In this document: one piece after another, positions 51,889-56,188 of the stretch
Numbering within the stretch: the first letter of the stretch is position 1
How the letters are laid out: the number at the start of each line of letters is the position of its first letter
Source: Chthoniobacterales bacterium
Lineage (GTDB): Bacteria; Verrucomicrobiota; Verrucomicrobiia; Chthoniobacterales; JACTMZ01
Direction: 5' to 3'
Length of the DNA: 56,188 nt
NCBI GenBank assembly: GCA_040881855.1
Contig: JBBECM010000113.1
Coordinates: forward strand, 1-56,188
Program-made: the position numbers and the translations under genes
Notes under the pieces: generated by a model
Database searches by the model: none
Seen by the model: only the letters and a program-made list of their open reading frames with translations
What the model was told of the DNA's origin: nothing

Positions 51889-52295
51889 TCCTTGCTGCTC
51901 CGCAGGACCACTAAAGAAGCGACCGGAACGGCGATCAAGGAGAAAAGGTTCAGGGCCATGGAAATTCCGTGCAGTCGGGCGAATTCCGGGGTGCCGGGCG
52001 CATGGGCCGCGATGGCCGGTCGGAGGAAAAGCGGGATGACAACCAACGCAGCAAGGGCAAGGACCTGCAGGGCGAAGGCGTAATTGTCACGCGGTCTGCG
52101 CCGGCGGAACCAGAGCACCGTGCTGGCCAACACGCCGAGCGTGGTGGCGGCAATGAAGTAGGTTGGAAAAAGTGCGGTGGTCACTTCTCCCGCCCGCTCG
52201 CGCGGGAACGCCGCGAAAAGCGGACGCGCCACGCCGAAGGTGAAAAACCAAAGAATGGCGACCCATGCCCCGGCCAACCATGCGTAGGCGGTCAT
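51885..52295 (-). CDS. Small 4-TM membrane protein (DUF4149/TMEM205-like)
   Basis: Four hydrophobic segments. It has 4-nt overlaps with trpS (upstream) and the PUR-like gene (downstream). Confidence 0.5.
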   Translation of the reverse strand: MTAYAWLAGAWVAILWFFTFGVARPLFAAFPRERAGEVTTALFPTYFIAATTLGVLASTVLWFRRRRPRDNYAFALQVLALAALVVIPLFLRPAIAAHAPGTPEFARLHGISMALNLFSLIAVPVASLVVLRSSKE

Positions 52296-53260
52296 GCGCG
52301 CAGGCCGACGGCTTTTTCCACCCGGGCCATGACGCCGCTCGCCAGGGCATCGGCATGTTCCGCACCGCGGCGGAGGATGCCGTCCACGTAACCCGGATCG
52401 GCCGCAAGCTCGGCGCGCTTGGCGCGCATCGGGGCGAAGTATTCCCAGACCGTGGCGAAGAGTTGTTTTTTGAAGTCACCGTAGCCTGTGCCGCCGGCAC
52501 GGAATCGACCGGCCATGGCGGCGGCCTCGTCCGCCGAGGCGAAGAGTTTGTAGAGTTGGTAGATGGCGTTGGACTCGGGGTCTTTCGGCGCTTCGACCGG
52601 CGTCGAATCGGTGACCATGCCCATGATCTTTTTCTTCATGGCTTTTTCCTCGGCGAAAATCTCGATCGTGTTGCCGTAGCTCTTGCTCATCTTGGCGCCA
52701 TCCGTGCCGGGGACGAGGGCGGCGTCCTCGCGGATCGATGGTTCGGGCAGCTTGAAGATCGGGCCGAAGGTTTCGTTCATCTTCACCGCGATATCGCGCG
52801 TTACCTCGAGGTGCTGTTTCTGGTCCCTCCCGACCGGAACGATATCGCTGTCGTAGATGAGGATGTCCGCCGCCATGAGCACGGGGTAACTGAACAGCGC
52901 GTGCGATGGCGCGATGCCGTGGGCGATCTTGTCCTTGTAGGAATGGCAACGCTCGAGCAGTCCCATCGGGGTCACCGTGCTGAGGATCCAGGTGAGCAGC
53001 GGGACCTTGGGGATGTCCGACTGCCGGAAGAGAAAAGCCTTCGCCGGATCGAGTCCGCAGGCCAGGAAATCAAGGGCGACATCGCGCGAATAACGGCGCA
53101 GGGCGTCCGCATCATGGAGCGAGGTGAGGGCGTGCAGGTCGGCGATGAAGTAAAGGGCCTCGCCCTGATGCTGCAGCTCGACCGCGGGGCGCATCATGCC
53201 GAGGTAATTGCCCAAGTGCAGCGCGCCGGAGGGTTGGATGCCGGAAAGGATGCGTTTCAT
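52292..53260 (-). CDS. trpS: Tryptophan--tRNA ligase
   Basis: SGIQPSGALHLGNYLG (HIGH-type), KMSKS as GAKMSKSYGN, and 322 aa. Confidence 0.96.
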   Translation of the reverse strand: MKRILSGIQPSGALHLGNYLGMMRPAVELQHQGEALYFIADLHALTSLHDADALRRYSRDVALDFLACGLDPAKAFLFRQSDIPKVPLLTWILSTVTPMGLLERCHSYKDKIAHGIAPSHALFSYPVLMAADILIYDSDIVPVGRDQKQHLEVTRDIAVKMNETFGPIFKLPEPSIREDAALVPGTDGAKMSKSYGNTIEIFAEEKAMKKKIMGMVTDSTPVEAPKDPESNAIYQLYKLFASADEAAAMAGRFRAGGTGYGDFKKQLFATVWEYFAPMRAKRAELAADPGYVDGILRRGAEHADALASGVMARVEKAVGLRA

Positions 53261-53362
53261 GCGGAATGCGGATTAAACCACAAAGGATACAGAGATCACA
53301 GAGCGAATGATCTTGGTTGGCGGCTTTCCCCGGCTGCCGCGCTGGTCGCCGCAAGAATTGGC

Positions 53363-53578
53363 TCAGGCCGCCTTTGCCATGGTCGACGTGACCGTCAGCA
53401 GTGGGACGATGGCAATGTGGTCCTCACCGTCTTTTTCGTAGGAAATAATAACGGCGGACTTTTTTCGGGAGAAACTGATGAAGTCGCGATGCGGGACGTC
53501 GAAAACCCGCCCGGAAGCCGTCTCGATCTGGAAAGGCTTGTTCTCTTTGATCAGGTCCTCAAGCAGACTGCTGCCCAT
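53363..53578 (-). CDS. Hypothetical small protein (71 aa)
   Basis: The ORF is MGSSLLEDLIKENKPFQIETASGRVFDVPHRDFISFSRKKSAVIISYEKDGEDHIAIVPLLTV.... It is co-directional and lies 56 nt after yraN. Its composition is less GC-biased than antisense artefacts, and it has no recognised motif. Confidence 0.45.
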   Translation of the reverse strand: MGSSLLEDLIKENKPFQIETASGRVFDVPHRDFISFSRKKSAVIISYEKDGEDHIAIVPLLTVTSTMAKAA

Positions 53579-53634
53579 TGGGGTTACATTAGCTTGCAGC
53601 TTCGGGTTCGCAAGCCGGTTCGACGTTGTAGGCT

Positions 53635-54093
53635 TCAGTAGACGTAATACTCCGGCAAAGGGAAGGCGTTGCGGATGAGGGTGATCTCGGGCTTGTCTTC
53701 GCTTGCGGCAAGGACTTCGACGATGTCGAAGCGGAAGCGGATGTCGGGGTAGTTGAGGAGGCGGAGCCAGGCCATGGCGCCTCTCGCCACGCGGCGTTGC
53801 TTGTCATAGTCTACGGCGTCAGACGGGCGTCCGCGTTCTTCTGATGCGCGAGTTTTTACTTCGACGAAAACGAGGGTGTCTTCTTTTTTGTCGCGGCAAA
53901 CGAGGTCGACCTCGCCGCCGCCGGGCGGGACGAAATTGCGGTAGAGGATGCGGTAGCCGTGGCGGCGGAGATACTTCTCGGCCTGACGTTCGCCCCATTG
54001 TCCGAAGACGACGTGACGGGGCAGGGGCTTAGACCGCGAATTGCGTTTGCGCCACCGGTTGAAAAGACCGGCGATGGACGGGGCTGGGGCCAT
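53635..54093 (-). CDS. yraN: YraN-family (UPF0102) endonuclease-like protein
   Basis: GERQAEKYLRRHGYRILYRNF....GEVDLVCRD...LVFVEVKTR matches the PD-(D/E)xK pattern of YraN. The ATG at 54093 overlaps the rnhB 3' end by 65 nt. Confidence 0.85.
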   Translation of the reverse strand: MAPAPSIAGLFNRWRKRNSRSKPLPRHVVFGQWGERQAEKYLRRHGYRILYRNFVPPGGGEVDLVCRDKKEDTLVFVEVKTRASEERGRPSDAVDYDKQRRVARGAMAWLRLLNYPDIRFRFDIVEVLAASEDKPEITLIRNAFPLPEYYVY

Positions 54094-54646
54094 GGGATCG
54101 GAGGGCTTCGAAGTGCTCGCGCACACCATAGCCTTTGTGGCGGGCGAAGCCATACTGCGGATACTCTGCGTCGAGCGCGGTCATGAGGCGGTCGCGGGTC
54201 ACTTTGGCCATGATGCTGGCCGCGGCAATGCTCAGGCTGAGCGTGTCCCCTGCCACCAATGCGGTGTGCGGGACGGGAAGCCCGTGCACCGGGAGCCCGT
54301 CGACCAGTGCATGATCGGGCTTCCGCGGCAGGGCCGCCACGGCGCGGGCCATGGCGAGATGCGTGGCGCGGAGGATATTGAGTCGGTCGATTTCCGCCAC
54401 CTCCGCTTGGCCGATGCCCCAGCAGATGTCGGCGCGGACGGTGAGGATGGCATGGAAATGCTCACGCTTTTTGGCGGTCAGTTTTTTCGAATCATCGAGG
54501 CCCTCGATCGCGCAGTCATCCGGCAAGATGACCGCGGCGGCGACCACGGGGCCGGCGAGTGGACCGCGTCCGGCTTCATCGACCCCCGCGACCAAAAAAA
54601 TCCCGCGAGCGCGCAGGGCACGCTCGCGGGAAAAGTCGCAGGCCAT
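54029..54646 (-). CDS. rnhB: Ribonuclease HII
   Basis: VAGVDEAGRGPLAGPVVAAAV, DDSKKL, IAAASIMAKV.RD, and GYGV..H. Confidence 0.95.
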   Translation of the reverse strand: MACDFSRERALRARGIFLVAGVDEAGRGPLAGPVVAAAVILPDDCAIEGLDDSKKLTAKKREHFHAILTVRADICWGIGQAEVAEIDRLNILRATHLAMARAVAALPRKPDHALVDGLPVHGLPVPHTALVAGDTLSLSIAAASIMAKVTRDRLMTALDAEYPQYGFARHKGYGVREHFEALRSHGPSPVHRRSFQPVAQTQFAV

Positions 54647-54665
54647 GGGAAGGCCCGGGAAAAAC

Positions 54666-55031
54666 TTACGCCGCGGCAGCGGTGGCGCGGGCTTTTTCCT
54701 TCACCGTGGTGGCGGATTTGCCTTTGCGGCTGCGCAGGTAATTGAGTTTGGCCCGACGGACGGCCCCCCGCTTCTCCACCTCAATCTTGGCGATGCGCGG
54801 GGAGTGCAGCGGGAAAACGCGTTCGACGCCCTCGCCGTAGGAGACGCGGCGCACCGTGAAATTCGCGTTCACCCCGGTGCCTTTGCGCCCGATGACAATG
54901 CCAGCGTAAATCTGGATGCGCTCTTTGTCGCCTTCAATGACGCGGGTGTGCACTTTGATCGTGTCGCCCACCGCGAACGGGGTGACTTCTTTCTTCAGTT
55001 GCTCGGCCTCGATTTTGTCCAAAACGTTCAT
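54666..55031 (-). CDS. rplS: 50S ribosomal protein L19
   Basis: [58 protein letters not shown]. Trimmed to MNVLDKIE. Confidence 0.95.
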   Translation of the reverse strand: MNVLDKIEAEQLKKEVTPFAVGDTIKVHTRVIEGDKERIQIYAGIVIGRKGTGVNANFTVRRVSYGEGVERVFPLHSPRIAKIEVEKRGAVRRAKLNYLRSRKGKSATTVKEKARATAAAA

Positions 55032-55126
55032 GACTTCTTTCCTTTCGCGATAAAATGGCTCTGTCATCTACCTCCGCAAGGTCCTGAGGGCAACAACTTT
55101 CCTCCGTCCGGGAGAAACATATCCAC

Positions 55127-55138
55127 ATATCATGATAT
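55127..55138. repeat. Perfect 12-bp AT-rich palindrome in the rplS / pduO-metH divergent intergenic region
   Basis: ATATCATGATAT at 55127-55138. It is bracketed by the inverted 7-mers CCTGAGG (about 55083-55089) and CCTCAGG (about 55163-55169). Confidence 0.9.
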
Positions 55139-55183
55139 TTTGATGGGTTGCTTTGGGGTGATCCTCAGGTATTTAATAAAGCG

Positions 55184-55747
55184 GTGAAGAGTATTGCGAC
55201 CAAAACCGGGGATGACGGGACGACTTCCCTTTTGTTCGGCCGGCGGGTCCCGAAAACCGACATTCGCATCATAGCCAACGGTCGCGTGGATGAACTCAAT
55301 GTCCGCCTCGGCATGGCCAAGGCCTCCCTGCCGCCGGATGAAACCGACGCTCGCGCCTTCATCGAGCAGGTGCAGCGCAACTTGGTCAATCTGATGGGCG
55401 AGGTGGCGGTGGCGCCGGAGGATTGGGAGCGCTACGCCTCGAGCGGCATGCCGAATTTCGACGACGCCCTGCTCGGCGTGCTCGACGCCCGCGTGGCCCG
55501 GCTCGAGTCCGAAGGGTTCACCTACAAGGGCTGGGCCACTCCGGGTGGCAATTTGCCCGCGGCGGCCATCGATTGCGCGCGGACGGCCTGCCGTGATGCG
55601 GAACTCGGGCTGCTCGCCGTGCGCGATGCCAAGTTGCTCAATCCGGAACGCGCCGATCTCATGATGCACTCTTTAAACCGTCTCTCCGACGTCCTCTGGC
55701 TCGAGGCGCGGCGGGCCGAGAGCACCATTTTGGCCCCGCAGGCGTAA
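55184..55747 (+). CDS. pduO: PduO-type ATP:cob(I)alamin adenosyltransferase
   Basis: [28 protein letters not shown], and ...LN.LSD.L. The GTG start at 55184 was chosen to match the family N-terminus. The track start is TTG at 55148. Confidence 0.88.
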   Translation: MKSIATKTGDDGTTSLLFGRRVPKTDIRIIANGRVDELNVRLGMAKASLPPDETDARAFIEQVQRNLVNLMGEVAVAPEDWERYASSGMPNFDDALLGVLDARVARLESEGFTYKGWATPGGNLPAAAIDCARTACRDAELGLLAVRDAKLLNPERADLMMHSLNRLSDVLWLEARRAESTILAPQA

Positions 55748-55755
55748 TACTTCCG

Positions 55756-56188
55756 ATGGGCAAACCAGACACAGCGCAAGCGCTGCAGGCTCTCCTCGCC
55801 GAGCGGATCGTTTATTTGGACGGAGCGATGGGCACGATGATCCAGCAACACAAGCTGGATGAGGCGGCCTACCGCGGGGAGCGCTTCAAGGATTGGCCGA
55901 GCGATATCAAAGGCAACAACGACCTGCTCGTTCTCACCCAACCGGACATCATTCGCGGCATCCACGCGGACTACATCGCGGCTGGCTCCGATCTGATCGA
56001 GACAAACACCTTCAATAGCACGACGATCTCGCAGGCCGATTACGGGATGGAGGAAATCGTGCCCGACTTGAATCTCGCGGCGGCCAAGTTGGCCCGGGAA
56101 GCAGCGGATGCCTGCAAAGATCGCCGCGTTTTCGTGGCCGGGGCGGTCGGGCCGATGAGCAAGACGCTGACCATTTCCCGCGATGTCA
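55756..56188 (+). CDS. metH: Methionine synthase (cobalamin-dependent), N-terminal Hcy-binding domain; 3' end lies outside the window
   Basis: The ATG at 55756 opens a frame that runs to the window end: [17 protein letters not shown]...YRGERFKDW....[38 protein letters not shown]. It is not in the track because no stop lies inside the window. Confidence 0.9.
   Translation, partial: MGKPDTAQALQALLAERIVYLDGAMGTMIQQHKLDEAAYRGERFKDWPSDIKGNNDLLVLTQPDIIRGIHADYIAAGSDLIETNTFNSTTISQADYGMEEIVPDLNLAAAKLAREAADACKDRRVFVAGAVGPMSKTLTISRDV

Overview
This is a GC-rich bacterial chromosomal segment, roughly two-thirds G+C by eye (not computed). Coding is dense on both strands. Protein features (Lys/Ala/Pro-rich RpoD N-terminus, many Sec or lipoprotein signals) suggest Verrucomicrobiota/Opitutales-like, which is a low-confidence inference I cannot verify without a database.

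Most of the window is core housekeeping:
- Central metabolism: argG, glgC, glmS, monomeric icd, prs.
- Cofactor synthesis: thiC with a clear TPP riboswitch, thiH-thiS, moeB/moeZ-like, pduO-type adenosyltransferase followed by metH.
- Replication, repair and transcription: uvrA, dnaG-rpoD, ssb.
- Translation: thrS, infC, trpS, pth, rplY, rpsF, rplS, tRNA-Tyr(GTA), tRNA-Ser(GCT).
- Other: acpP, pssA-psd, sufT-like, rnhB-yraN.

I see no CRISPR array, transposase, integrase, prophage genes or long repeats, and no convincing novel multi-gene system. The less ordinary parts are:
1. The left edge: the 3' end of a type I restriction hsdR gene, a convergent multiply deleted DEAD-box helicase relic, and an unlisted 47-codon secreted Cys-Gly peptide gene with its own terminator beside a 4-Cys Rrf2 regulator.
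2. A surface-protein/lipocalin/GYF operon, divergent from a YkuD (L,D-transpeptidase) homolog that lacks the catalytic Cys.
3. Two orphan envelope genes downstream of rpoD: an anti-sigma-like single-pass protein and a lipoprotein with a transglutaminase-like Cys-His-Asp pattern.
4. An NfeD protease paired with TauE instead of an SPFH partner.
5. A run of DUF-type small genes between thiC and trpS.

Many long ORFs in the supplied track are antisense or upstream run-on artefacts of high GC. I trimmed them to the start codons that fit conserved N-termini.
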